Of a stretch of DNA of 64,000 bases, positions 45,846 through 56,443 are shown in pieces. A program made the translations under genes and the position numbers. Numbering within the stretch: the stretch's first letter is position 1; each line of letters starts with the position of its first letter. A model generated the notes under the pieces. That model was given only the letters and a program-made list of their open reading frames with translations. It was not told the origin of the DNA and ran no database searches. This stretch comes from Caldisericota bacterium (GTDB lineage: Bacteria; Caldisericota; Caldisericia; JAAYUI01): positions 80,445 through 144,444 of the forward strand of contig JAKPMO010000015.1 in assembly GCA_029548865.1 (NCBI GenBank). The letters run 5' to 3'.

Positions 45846-48800
45846 ATGAAGAAACTGTTGAGTATTGTGATCGCTACGATCATGGTATTGGGATTCGTCC
45901 CCTTCATGGGCAATCTCAGTACCGCAGCGAACGTAAGCGCTGCCGATGCCACCAACACACCAGCAATCTTCATCGCCAACCGCTGGCAGCCCGTCGGCAC
46001 CAGGTGGAACGGCACAACGCTGGTGGAGGATCGCAACCGTTATTTTAACGGCGTTGGCACTGCTTGGGGCAGGTCGGAATACAAGATGCCAGGCCCAGGC
46101 GCTTACATTGACATCGCTGTTATCGATCCGGCCCGTCCGCTCAGGATTAATGCTACTCCTGACGAAGTAGCCAAGAGGGAACCAACAGGTGTCCAGCTTC
46201 AGCAGCTCACCTCACAACCCCTCTACTGGACCGAGTTCTATCTCACAGTAATACCGGATAAAGGCGCTTCACAGCTTTATGACCACTGGTATGCTGTTGT
46301 TGACAACATGGGACAGCTCTGGTTCGACCCGGATGGCCGTTTCAATGACAGCCGCTATTATGCAGCCGCTGATCCAGAAACCGAGGCCTACAGGGCAATA
46401 ACCGGTGGTTCTGGTTCTGACAACTGCAAGAACAACCCATACATGAAGGTTGACTCGTCCGTCGCCAACAATACTCAGGGCCCATACATCTACATGCCCA
46501 CCGACATCTATGGCAACTTCATCATGAATGGTATTACCAGAAAAGAAGAGTATCCGCTTTTCAACTCAACAGGCCTCTTCTTCCGCACCTCACAGGGCAG
46601 GGTTTTCCAGGTCGGTTTTGTCGACATGCCAGACTTCCCGCTTATCAGGGGCGGCGCATCGCCAATCCAGCTCCAGGGTGTTTCAAGACCCAATATTGAG
46701 CAGATTGGAACCAATCTTGTTGATACAACTGTTGGTCAGACTAACGTAATAACTGACACCACAGTTCTTCCATACACAACCCGCCCAATCCTTGATTGGG
46801 ACCGTGATGATGTTGGCAATGGAATCACTGGACTTCCACTCGTCCGCTTCTTGGATGGTTGGGAAGGTGCTGTTATAAATGCACTTCCACCAGCCCCAAT
46901 TCCATACACCAACCCACCAACAATTACTGTCGGTGCATACTTCCAGACAGACAACGACATCTTTAACTACGGCGAAGAATGGCACTCCGCAAATGTAGTT
47001 ATTGATCCTCCAGACACAACCCAGTTCCCATCACCGGCAATGGACATCTATGATCCAGGTGAATATATCTATCGCGCCGGATTTAATGCCCATAACCTGA
47101 ACAGCCGTTATCCAGCCGGTTACGACTATATGCTCCAGCAGGACATCCAGTGGTACCAGTATTATGGCACCACCCGTCTTACCCCGGTCACAATGTTCTT
47201 TAATGGCCTCTTCTTTAACTATGCACCTGGCACAATCGTTCGTGACAGAGGCCCGGCCAATGGTGGCCAGTATGGATATTATGATGCTGGTGATGACGTT
47301 GATCTCAATGATCCAGCTACTCCAACACAGCAGCACACCCTTTATCGTTTCCCAGTTTCTATGGCGAACTTCTCTGGTGTTCCAGGACAAGTTGCACCGA
47401 TCAATGTTACCCAGTACTGCCAGCTCCATGCTGACAACGTAAACTACAACTCCAATCCACGCTGCGCTTCTGGCGATGACATCTATGACCCATACGAAGG
47501 CATTTATATGAAGTCAGAGACAACTGCAAACGTAGTCTCTGGTGACTATCGTATGACAAACCTTAATGGTAATTCTTATGGTCTTGAGTCATGGCTTGGC
47601 CTTGGTGGTGGCGTTGCTTCCTCACTCTATCCATTGATCATGAAGGTCGGTGGAATGTGGTCTGGTGACGTCCTTATCCTTTCAGAGCTTGTTACTGGCG
47701 GCTGCTCTGCCCCGAAATACAACCTCTCAGTCCAGACTGACCTCTGGCAGGGTGTCATCCCGTCCGAAACCGTTGCTGCACTTCGTTCACCAAACAAAGA
47801 GTTTGACAGGACCGCACAGAATATCCAGAAAAATGCTGTTCTTGACCCAACCGGGACAAAATTTGAATATCCGTCCACAGTCTTCCAGGACATGAAATTT
47901 GGATACAGAGAGTATGTTGGAGTTGAAGTCTTCCGTGACGACAACAAGGACTGCAACTGGGGATATCAGTATGCAGGCCCAGTTCCGCCAGGAGAAAACC
48001 TCTTCATGCTCAACCTCTCCGACGATTATCGCCAGGGACATACTGGTGAAATGCATATCGGTATGAAAGATGGATATGCAGCAAAAGACGTTGGTAGAAT
48101 GCTCACACAGTTCTGGCCGGCAAATGCCGACCCACTCCCGCCAAATGGCCCGGCAACACCAAATGAAATAGGTCCACGCTTCTATGACACAACAAACCCA
48201 GGCGGATGGGGCATTGAGAACTATTACGGTGTTGGTGAATCAATTTATCTTGACAACAATGGCAACTACGAGATCGACGCTGGCGACCTTCGTATGTCAG
48301 ACGTCACCGTTCAGCGTGGCGCTATGGGTTTTGCCGAAATAGTCAAGTATGAAAAGGGTTCATATGTCACCGCCGGTGATGCAGACATTGATCTCTGGGG
48401 AGGCGCGAATAATGACCTCTCAGATTTCGTTCCGATATTGACCAATGGTCGTGTTGTTTATTGGCCAGCATTCTATGATGAGCTCATCGAAGATGTGCTC
48501 AATCCTGGTCATTATCTCCCGCCAAATGGCAAGTATGACATCAATGAAGTTATCTATGATTGCTCTTACAATGGCAGCTCCATTGTTGGCCCTGGATTCC
48601 AGAGGCTCATGGATGTTACCCTTGGTGGAATAGTCTACAAAGCTGGTTCGATTGTTCCAGATCCAGACCTCTGGGTTTACCAGATGCCGATCTATGGACT
48701 TTCGATGGGCTATAACTGCGACTACAACTATGCTGATATGATGGCGCTCCCGGGCAAAACCGGAATGAAAGTCACAATTGACAAACCACTCAAGGTTGAA

Positions 48801-51800
48801 CAGACCTCTGAGATCACAATTGATTTTGATCCGCCACCAAAGAAAGAATATTATGATGACCAGGGCGTTTATCACCCAGAGGAAGTCATTTATGTATTCA
48901 TTCGTAACCTCGGACTTTCCATCCCGAATAACAATGCAACAATAAACGAAATTTACCGCGTAGTTTCAGGCCGTCAGGCACAGGCAAAGTTCCAGTTCAC
49001 ACCATATCGTGGTTCCTGCACCAATGGTGGAAACAACGACAAGCTCAACTACCTCGAAGATTCCAACGAATATCGTGTTAGAATCCGTTCTTTCAGGGAT
49101 CTTGGTGGAACAAACAATCCAGCCCCGCTTGACAGAGACTACAACGATCCATGGTTTGTGCAGAGAAATTCAACTAGCACAGATGCAAGATGGGGACGTC
49201 CATATAAACTAGCCTCTTATGGCGTAAGGGTTAGAAAACCAGAACTTACCCCACCAATGCCATACAATCTTGCAAATGGCTATGACTGCTATCAGGAAGC
49301 CAAGTATGATATTGCACCAGAAGAACTCGACATTGAGCCGTCAGTGGCCTGCTTGCAGACACTTGATCAGCGCTTCCCGAACTTCTCGGTGAAACTCCGT
49401 GATGATGACAACCCAGACGATGTAAATGATCCAAACGGAATCATGGTTTCAGTGCCACTTACTGGCGACACCAACGTTGACCCGATCTATGGTCGTGAGC
49501 AGTATCTCATCTCAACATACAATGCCCATGGCGGCGGTGTTGATTGGATCGGTACAGCAATTGATGACAACCCAGGCCAGGCACGCAGACAGTACATTGT
49601 CCAGGTCAACACAGACGGTTCATACCTCTACTGGTACTGGCTCGAGCCGGTTAACCCAGCAGGCAATGACAGATCAAGGCCACAGATTGAAGGAGCCCTT
49701 GATTCAAACGATATCCTTATTGGCCAGGACTTCACTGGAACATTTAACTGGCGTCCAAATGGTGGACCATACATCCCACCAGACCAGAGAACCTGCAGGA
49801 CACCAGTCATCATTAAAGACAAAGCAACATGGTATGATACTGATTGCTCTTCAGCCACAGTTGAAGGCAGGAAGTACTCAAATTGCCAGTCATGCAAGAT
49901 TGATGGCATGAAAGAAATGGGCGATGTCAACGGTCTCCATGTGATGTGGAACGCAGCACGCACCATGACCTCAACAGTTCCAGCAAGACTTTCGTCAGAC
50001 TACTACGGAAGATTTGATGGAGTTGGACCACTTAATTCAACAACAACAGTTGCAGCCTGGATAGCTGGTATCAACCCACCATGGCCAGGCAACCAGATGT
50101 ATCCAAACAGCCAGCTTTGGACAGGCCCATGGGCCACAGGTTATGGCGTGCAGACAGTGGTTACCTCTTATGGCCAGCGTGATGCAAATGATGCTGGTGG
50201 TGAGGCACTCGTCGCAATTCTTCCACGTGATGGATCAAGCCATCTCCTCCTCCAGATGTACACTGTAAACGCACTCTTTGACTACAACTCCTCGATACCA
50301 CATCCATCGACTGGTTCACCATACTTTGTCCTCGATCCAGTCAGGAACCAGGGCATCGATTATTGTGGAACAGTTGACATTAAGGTTTATCAGCCAGACC
50401 CATACGTGAACTTTGCAGAGTGGTCCATTGTTGATCATGGTCTCCAGTATTCCTCACTTAACTACACATCCGGCAATGATCCACTTTCAAGGCTTTCAAT
50501 ACCAACCCCACAGATCCAGACCCCGTACAACCCAGTGCTTAGGACTTCTAAGGGCGAGTTCAGATGTTATCCTGGTGGCCAGACCCACACCGGCCGCGTT
50601 CTTGGCGGTTCCTTCGGAGTAGGTGGAGCCTCAGGCTGGAACTCTTACCCAGCAGTCTGGAAAGAGAAATATTACAAGCTTGGAACTGAATTCTTCCCAC
50701 TCACTGACTATGGTGTGTTCTTCATCCTCAAAGACGGCGAAGGCAACCATCTCTCGTTCGATCCATGCTGGCCAGTTGACCAGAGGATCAAGAGAATCGA
50801 AGTTGTTGGACCATTTGCCCGTCCAAGGGAATGGGATGCAACAACCCACACGGTACTTCCAAAATACAAAGCATGGGGCCTCGAAAACGTTCCGATACAG
50901 TATGATTGGTCAGGAAAGATCGTAATCGACTCCACAAACTGGAAACAGTATGAGTACAGCGGTGTTGACCAGAACGGCAACGGCGTCACCCTTGACTTCA
51001 CAAGGAGATCAGGACTTGTTGGCGATGTCGTTCTTCCGCCAGAAAACGGCCAGCTCCAGTATTCAGGTAGACTCGACTACACAATGGTCGGTGCCTGCTC
51101 GCAACCAGGTGGAAAAGACAACCTCTTTGTAGTTGACGAACTCATCCCATGGAACTGGGGCAAGATCCTCATCTACGTCACCCTCTGGGATGGAACATTC
51201 AAGATGTATCAGGATTGCTGCGTTGCGCCGCCAGTTGACGGAATTGACGTAATAGCCCTTGATATCAAGAATGAAATTGCAGAGGACGTAGAGCGTAAAG
51301 TTGCATACCTCGACAAGCCACAGACCTTCAATGTCAAGCTCCTTGAGCACCACATTGGCGACAAGAAGCACGAAGGCGAATGGTTTGATGCTGAAGGCAA
51401 CGAGATAACATATTGCAATGACGCACTCGTTTATGTGTGGCAGGACAGGGGAACAAAGCATCGCGGAACCGCCAACCTGCTCTTCGGAGCTGGCGATGGC
51501 TGGGCAACCGGAACACCAACTTCCTCAAGGAAGACCAATCTTGCACCACAGTATGAAGACTTCAATGACATCACTGGCCCGAAGGGCGAGCCAGATGGAA
51601 AGATCCGTTTCAATGACTGGGAAACCGAAATTATCGGAACCTATGACATGGCCACCAATACATGGGCAGGCGGTCTCATTGATGGCAGAACCTTCCAGCG
51701 TAACAACGGACACTATCAGTTCAAGCTCGATTCAAGCACCGGTCTTGTTGATACAGTCGGTCTTGATTTCGGTGGCGAGATCATAAATGACAGGGCGGAC

Positions 51801-54800
51801 CACGTAATCGCAAAGAACGAGGTTCTTCCACTTTACATCACCGCCTACAAGTATGGCGATGATAACAACGACAGAGCATTCTCACCATTCTGGGACTACG
51901 ATGCACAGGCACAGCAGAATGCAAACCTGAGAAGGTACAGCCACGAAGTTTATCTTGCTGCCCAGATGGCAGTCCCGGTAGAACCGGATCTTGACCTCAC
52001 AGTTCTTACAACACCAGAGAAACTTACCGCTGGTGTCACACCAGAACTTGTTGATGTCCAGAAACCACTCACCTTCACAGTCACCAAGGGCTCCGAGCCA
52101 GTCAACCTCCTTGACGGAATAGCTGACGACTGGGGCAACAAGAAAGCCGAAGAAGAAGTAGTTTGGAACAACCTCATCCTTGACCCACATCCAGACAACA
52201 CCGACTTCTACGGATTTGATGCAACACTTCCACAGTATTACTGGATCAGAACTGACCTCCAGAACAATGATGGTTCAGCAGTCTGCAATACCCAGCTTTA
52301 CGGTCTCCGCAACACACCAGACACGCCACCAATCATTGCATTCAACCCAATCACCATTGACTTCTCACAGGCTACAAATGGCCGCTACATCTTCAGGGGC
52401 TTCTGCGCCAACGACAACAACCAGTACATGGAGAACTGGGACAAGGGCACCATGAATCCGAACAACTCAAGTGAGGATCTCTGGAAGAGCCAGCACCAGT
52501 TCTACGTAAGGGTTTACACACCAGACCGCAAGCACTCAGGTGAGGCATGGATCAATGTCTACTCACCAAATGTTGAGTACAAGGTCACAAACACTGAAGA
52601 CCCGAACAAGGTAGCCTATGATTCACCAGGCGATCCAGAGTTCATCATGACAGCAGCTGACAACAGAATCTACAAGGTTCAGGTCACCTGCCGCGATGCT
52701 CTCGGCGTCCTCATTAAGGGCGTCACAAAGGGCGTCTCCGTCTGCGGTGGCGGTGTCAAGAACACTGCAAGGTTTACACCATTCTCCACCAGGCCGAAAT
52801 CATTCGACTTCGCCCTCGAAGAGTGCATGAAACCACCATGCTGCACACAGATTGAGCTTCACATTGGTTATGACTTCACTCCAGACGAGAAGATCAGAAG
52901 AGATGATCACGAGCTCTTCCTCCTCTCAGGTTTCAACATGAACCGTTCAGCCAACACCTCATCCTGCTCAGGCTCAACAGCCTCCGCAAGCATGGGCTTC
53001 ATCAGATACAACACCACCAACAAGTGGTATTGGGGCGGACCGAACCCGAATACTTGGGATGTGACCAAGGAAGACGGCGACGAAGTTATCCCATGGGTTG
53101 CTTGGGACCTTCCACCACCAGTCGAAGGCTGGGGCGCTGGTGCCATCTATAACCACCAGTGGTATGGCGGATTCCTCTTCGCCGACATCGACCAGAATGG
53201 CGTCCTCAACTATCACGATGCACTTGGTCTTGATGTTAACGCTCAGACTGAGTTCTACATCTTCGCAGAAGACGTGGCTTACATCGGTGGTCTCATTGGC
53301 GACAACACATACTGCAACGTTCCAGCAAACGCTGACCTTGCAGGCTTCCCGCCATACAATGACAAGACCGATCCAAGATACACCCACAAGAGATTCCGCC
53401 AGGCTTACACCAACGACCAGGTGTTCTATCTTGACTGGGATGCACCGCCAGACAATGTTGCAACAATTGACAGCCCAAGGATCGAGCTCCTCTATGCCGA
53501 TACCAGGGACAAAGTATCAAGAGATTTCCTCAACCCGAACAACTATGATCTTATCTACGGCATCCAGAACCACCTTGTTGCAGTAGTCAGGCCAGCAGAT
53601 GACCGCGACGTTGCCATGAAGGAAGACTCAAGAGTCTATATGTCAGGCAACCAGCATGAAAAAGCAGTCTACGGACACACCAAGAGATCGGCAGAAGACG
53701 CAAAGGCAGTCGAGACGACAATCGAGTTCCTCCCGACCGGTCTTGGCGAGCACACCGCCGAAGTAACCTTCATGTCACCGAACAAGTGGTACCTCAAGGA
53801 TCCATATCAGTTCGTTGTTCCAGAATGGTATTCAATCAGGGGCGGCGGAATGAAGGACAGGAAGAACCGTCCAGCAGAAGAATGGAACCCATGGTATCTT
53901 GATGTAGGCAAGGGACTCGTACTCAGCCTCCAGACAGAGGGAGACCTCTATCCACAGGTGAAGGGTAAAGTTCTTGCCCAGGTCAAAGAAGCAGGAACCA
54001 ATGCACCAGTTGCTGGCGCAAAGGTCACTCTCTCCGGTGCAGGCGTCAATGTTGAAATGACCACCGATGCAAAGGGTGAGGCAACATTCGAAGTTAAGCC
54101 AACCGAGATGGGATTCATCAAGGGTGATGCCACAGCAAAGGACTTCCTCAGGGCAGCCTCTAACAAGGTGAAGGTGTCCAAGGATGCCACAGCCCCGGCA
54201 CTCACAGTTGACAATCCACAGACCCCAACCAACAAGAACAAGACTTCAATTACTGGAACTACAGAGCCAGGTTCAAAGATTTACGTCAATGGCAAAGAAG
54301 TCCAGGTTGGAGCAGACGGCAAGTACAAAGCTGATGTCGAACTCAAAGAAGGCCAGAACGTTATCAATGTTGTTGCCAAGGACGCAGCAGGCAATACAAC
54401 GTCGCAGGTAGTCACCATCGTCCTCGACACCACACCGCCAACAGTCATCCTTGACCCGATTAAGCCAGTTATCATGGAGAAGACTTATGAACTCACAGGC
54501 CGCGTTGAGCCAGGTTCAAAGGTCATCGTTAACGGCAAGGAAGCAACAGTTGTCAATGATTACTTCACAGTGATCGTTGACCTCAAGGACGCTTCTGCAG
54601 CAGCAACAAAGACCCCGGTCAATATTGAAGCAACCGACAAAGCTGGTAACAAGACAACACTTCCAGTCTTCGAGATCATCAATAAGAAGAGGAAAGTTGT
54701 TAAGCTCCAGGTTATGAGCCCAACAATGTATGTTGACGACAAGGAAGTCAATATCAATCCTGCACCATACATCAAAAATGGTGGAACTCTCGTTCCAGTC

Positions 54801-55082
54801 AGGGCCATATCCGAAGCTTTTGGCGCAGCAGTCAGCTATGATGGACCAACAAAGACTGTAACAATTACTCTTGGCCAGATCACAATCCAGATCCAGATCG
54901 GCAACAAGAAGGCAGTTGTGAACGGTCAGGAAGTTGATGTAAACCCACCAGCTGAAATTTCGGGTGGAAGCACAATGGTACCGTTCAGGTTCATTGCCCA
55001 GTCACTCGGTGTTCCATCTGATGGAATACTCTATGATTCTGCAACCAGGACCATCACCCTCATCAAGATCGAAGAACCGTGA
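45846..55082 (+). CDS. Giant (~3078 aa) secreted cell-envelope protein, paralog 2; C-terminal Ig-like and copper-amine-oxidase-N (stalk) domains
   Basis: SD AAAGGAG, signal MKKLLSIVIATIMVLGFVPFMG...SAA, colinear with paralog 1, C-terminal APYIKNGGTLVPVRAISEAFGAAV...TMVPFRFIAQSLG stalk signature; start re-assigned to 45846. Confidence 0.88.
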   Translation: MKKLLSIVIATIMVLGFVPFMGNLSTAANVSAADATNTPAIFIANRWQPVGTRWNGTTLVEDRNRYFNGVGTAWGRSEYKMPGPGAYIDIAVIDPARPLRINATPDEVAKREPTGVQLQQLTSQPLYWTEFYLTVIPDKGASQLYDHWYAVVDNMGQLWFDPDGRFNDSRYYAAADPETEAYRAITGGSGSDNCKNNPYMKVDSSVANNTQGPYIYMPTDIYGNFIMNGITRKEEYPLFNSTGLFFRTSQGRVFQVGFVDMPDFPLIRGGASPIQLQGVSRPNIEQIGTNLVDTTVGQTNVITDTTVLPYTTRPILDWDRDDVGNGITGLPLVRFLDGWEGAVINALPPAPIPYTNPPTITVGAYFQTDNDIFNYGEEWHSANVVIDPPDTTQFPSPAMDIYDPGEYIYRAGFNAHNLNSRYPAGYDYMLQQDIQWYQYYGTTRLTPVTMFFNGLFFNYAPGTIVRDRGPANGGQYGYYDAGDDVDLNDPATPTQQHTLYRFPVSMANFSGVPGQVAPINVTQYCQLHADNVNYNSNPRCASGDDIYDPYEGIYMKSETTANVVSGDYRMTNLNGNSYGLESWLGLGGGVASSLYPLIMKVGGMWSGDVLILSELVTGGCSAPKYNLSVQTDLWQGVIPSETVAALRSPNKEFDRTAQNIQKNAVLDPTGTKFEYPSTVFQDMKFGYREYVGVEVFRDDNKDCNWGYQYAGPVPPGENLFMLNLSDDYRQGHTGEMHIGMKDGYAAKDVGRMLTQFWPANADPLPPNGPATPNEIGPRFYDTTNPGGWGIENYYGVGESIYLDNNGNYEIDAGDLRMSDVTVQRGAMGFAEIVKYEKGSYVTAGDADIDLWGGANNDLSDFVPILTNGRVVYWPAFYDELIEDVLNPGHYLPPNGKYDINEVIYDCSYNGSSIVGPGFQRLMDVTLGGIVYKAGSIVPDPDLWVYQMPIYGLSMGYNCDYNYADMMALPGKTGMKVTIDKPLKVEQTSEITIDFDPPPKKEYYDDQGVYHPEEVIYVFIRNLGLSIPNNNATINEIYRVVSGRQAQAKFQFTPYRGSCTNGGNNDKLNYLEDSNEYRVRIRSFRDLGGTNNPAPLDRDYNDPWFVQRNSTSTDARWGRPYKLASYGVRVRKPELTPPMPYNLANGYDCYQEAKYDIAPEELDIEPSVACLQTLDQRFPNFSVKLRDDDNPDDVNDPNGIMVSVPLTGDTNVDPIYGREQYLISTYNAHGGGVDWIGTAIDDNPGQARRQYIVQVNTDGSYLYWYWLEPVNPAGNDRSRPQIEGALDSNDILIGQDFTGTFNWRPNGGPYIPPDQRTCRTPVIIKDKATWYDTDCSSATVEGRKYSNCQSCKIDGMKEMGDVNGLHVMWNAARTMTSTVPARLSSDYYGRFDGVGPLNSTTTVAAWIAGINPPWPGNQMYPNSQLWTGPWATGYGVQTVVTSYGQRDANDAGGEALVAILPRDGSSHLLLQMYTVNALFDYNSSIPHPSTGSPYFVLDPVRNQGIDYCGTVDIKVYQPDPYVNFAEWSIVDHGLQYSSLNYTSGNDPLSRLSIPTPQIQTPYNPVLRTSKGEFRCYPGGQTHTGRVLGGSFGVGGASGWNSYPAVWKEKYYKLGTEFFPLTDYGVFFILKDGEGNHLSFDPCWPVDQRIKRIEVVGPFARPREWDATTHTVLPKYKAWGLENVPIQYDWSGKIVIDSTNWKQYEYSGVDQNGNGVTLDFTRRSGLVGDVVLPPENGQLQYSGRLDYTMVGACSQPGGKDNLFVVDELIPWNWGKILIYVTLWDGTFKMYQDCCVAPPVDGIDVIALDIKNEIAEDVERKVAYLDKPQTFNVKLLEHHIGDKKHEGEWFDAEGNEITYCNDALVYVWQDRGTKHRGTANLLFGAGDGWATGTPTSSRKTNLAPQYEDFNDITGPKGEPDGKIRFNDWETEIIGTYDMATNTWAGGLIDGRTFQRNNGHYQFKLDSSTGLVDTVGLDFGGEIINDRADHVIAKNEVLPLYITAYKYGDDNNDRAFSPFWDYDAQAQQNANLRRYSHEVYLAAQMAVPVEPDLDLTVLTTPEKLTAGVTPELVDVQKPLTFTVTKGSEPVNLLDGIADDWGNKKAEEEVVWNNLILDPHPDNTDFYGFDATLPQYYWIRTDLQNNDGSAVCNTQLYGLRNTPDTPPIIAFNPITIDFSQATNGRYIFRGFCANDNNQYMENWDKGTMNPNNSSEDLWKSQHQFYVRVYTPDRKHSGEAWINVYSPNVEYKVTNTEDPNKVAYDSPGDPEFIMTAADNRIYKVQVTCRDALGVLIKGVTKGVSVCGGGVKNTARFTPFSTRPKSFDFALEECMKPPCCTQIELHIGYDFTPDEKIRRDDHELFLLSGFNMNRSANTSSCSGSTASASMGFIRYNTTNKWYWGGPNPNTWDVTKEDGDEVIPWVAWDLPPPVEGWGAGAIYNHQWYGGFLFADIDQNGVLNYHDALGLDVNAQTEFYIFAEDVAYIGGLIGDNTYCNVPANADLAGFPPYNDKTDPRYTHKRFRQAYTNDQVFYLDWDAPPDNVATIDSPRIELLYADTRDKVSRDFLNPNNYDLIYGIQNHLVAVVRPADDRDVAMKEDSRVYMSGNQHEKAVYGHTKRSAEDAKAVETTIEFLPTGLGEHTAEVTFMSPNKWYLKDPYQFVVPEWYSIRGGGMKDRKNRPAEEWNPWYLDVGKGLVLSLQTEGDLYPQVKGKVLAQVKEAGTNAPVAGAKVTLSGAGVNVEMTTDAKGEATFEVKPTEMGFIKGDATAKDFLRAASNKVKVSKDATAPALTVDNPQTPTNKNKTSITGTTEPGSKIYVNGKEVQVGADGKYKADVELKEGQNVINVVAKDAAGNTTSQVVTIVLDTTPPTVILDPIKPVIMEKTYELTGRVEPGSKVIVNGKEATVVNDYFTVIVDLKDASAAATKTPVNIEATDKAGNKTTLPVFEIINKKRKVVKLQVMSPTMYVDDKEVNINPAPYIKNGGTLVPVRAISEAFGAAVSYDGPTKTVTITLGQITIQIQIGNKKAVVNGQEVDVNPPAEISGGSTMVPFRFIAQSLGVPSDGILYDSATRTITLIKIEEP

Positions 55083-55119
55083 CCTTGATGATCATCGGTA
55101 AGTAGTAACAAGTAACACC

Positions 55120-55152
55120 AAAAAGCCCCCGCTTTATGGCGGGGGCTTTTTT
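55120..55152 (+). terminator. Intrinsic terminator
   Basis: AAAAAGCCCCCGC-tttatg-GCGGGGGCTTTTTT. Confidence 0.9.
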
Positions 55153-55234
55153 ATTTGCGATAACTGTGTTTATCGGGATTTCTCAGGTCATCCTTCATTG
55201 ACACTTAGGATTTGAGGGGTGTATAATCCAGTTT

Positions 55235-56443
55235 GTGAATAGGAAGAAACTGGAGAAGACAAAGAGATATCTTTATATTGCCGGCTCGATACTTTTGGCC
55301 ATTGTGCTTGCATTTACAATTTTTTATTTTATTGCCAGGCCTTCAGGACGACTTGACGTGGTTTTTTCAAAGGATGTTGATTACCACATACAGACAACAG
55401 ATATTGACCCAAGTGGTTCATATATATTCTTTGGGACTGCAGAGGGTAAGCTTGCAATACTTAATCAGTCAGGAGTGGAAATTGCCACCCTGGATGTTGG
55501 CCTACCTGTTCTCCAGCTTTACCTTTTCCCAACAAGGCAACAGGTTCTTGTTAGAACATCGTCTTTTTCAGTTTGTTACACATATGATGGGAAGCTTGTG
55601 TGGAAACACGAAATTGATGAGTATTATCCGGAAAAAATCCAGAAGCTGCCAAAAGACAAGCTTGGTCTTTATTTGAGATCAAAGAGGGGCGAAAAACCCA
55701 TAATGGCTATCCTTGATGCAAAAACAGGGAAAGAGATCAAGAATTTAAAGCTGGATATCGACAAGTTTGATTTCAATCCGGTTTTTATGCCGGACGGAAA
55801 TTCATTTATTTTTGAAGTTCAAACAGCGATGATTGCCCAGGTGCTTTTGCAGCCGCAAATGCCGATGGTTTGGAAGGCCAATCTGGACACCAGATCGGGC
55901 CAATTCTCCTCGCTTGAAATAAAAGTAACAAACTCGAACCTTGTGATCTGCTACTTCACAAAAGATGCCAATATCTCACAAGACAATCTTGCAGTGCATG
56001 ACCTGTTTGTGTTTGATGCAGACAGATTGCCAAAAAAATCTACACAAACCCAGGATTTACCGTTATTCTGGCAGGCCCAGGTAAATGGCGCAATAGAGGA
56101 CGTCCAGATTGATGGAAAAACGGACACAATTCTTGTCAGGGCTGGGACTGTTTATCTTTATGACAGAAACGGGGACAGCCTTGCAAAAGAACCTGAAGGG
56201 TCCAAATATTTTTATTCACTTATTGGGGACAAGAGGTATGTTTCAGCATTCTTCCTGGAAAATAGCTCCCCAGAAAATGCCTCCGTCCAATTTGTGGCAA
56301 GAGGCATTGGCAGAGAGGGTGTCTTGTGGAGATATACGGATACAAGGCAGTACCTTCTTCCTGCGATAACGCCAAGCTGTGATGCAATGGTAATTGCTGC
56401 ACTTAATCAAAAAAGGATAACCTATCTGAGGCTTTCTCAATGA
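55235..56443 (+). CDS. Membrane-anchored beta-propeller-like protein
   Basis: N-terminal TM, YDGKLVWK, LDAKTGKEI, GVLWRY blades; TTGACA-18-TATAAT 7 nt before GTG. Confidence 0.7.
   Translation: MNRKKLEKTKRYLYIAGSILLAIVLAFTIFYFIARPSGRLDVVFSKDVDYHIQTTDIDPSGSYIFFGTAEGKLAILNQSGVEIATLDVGLPVLQLYLFPTRQQVLVRTSSFSVCYTYDGKLVWKHEIDEYYPEKIQKLPKDKLGLYLRSKRGEKPIMAILDAKTGKEIKNLKLDIDKFDFNPVFMPDGNSFIFEVQTAMIAQVLLQPQMPMVWKANLDTRSGQFSSLEIKVTNSNLVICYFTKDANISQDNLAVHDLFVFDADRLPKKSTQTQDLPLFWQAQVNGAIEDVQIDGKTDTILVRAGTVYLYDRNGDSLAKEPEGSKYFYSLIGDKRYVSAFFLENSSPENASVQFVARGIGREGVLWRYTDTRQYLLPAITPSCDAMVIAALNQKRITYLRLSQ

Noticed and set aside
31846..54808. Many 60-250 aa alternative-frame and antisense ORFs inside the giant genes
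   Set aside because: Expected by-product of biased codon usage in long ORFs; no RBS or motifs noticed
29077..55082. Diversity-generating retroelement (HRDC protein plus paralogous large genes)
   Set aside because: No reverse transcriptase; the differences I compared between paralog blocks are mostly synonymous and not adenine-specific; no TR/VR pair seen
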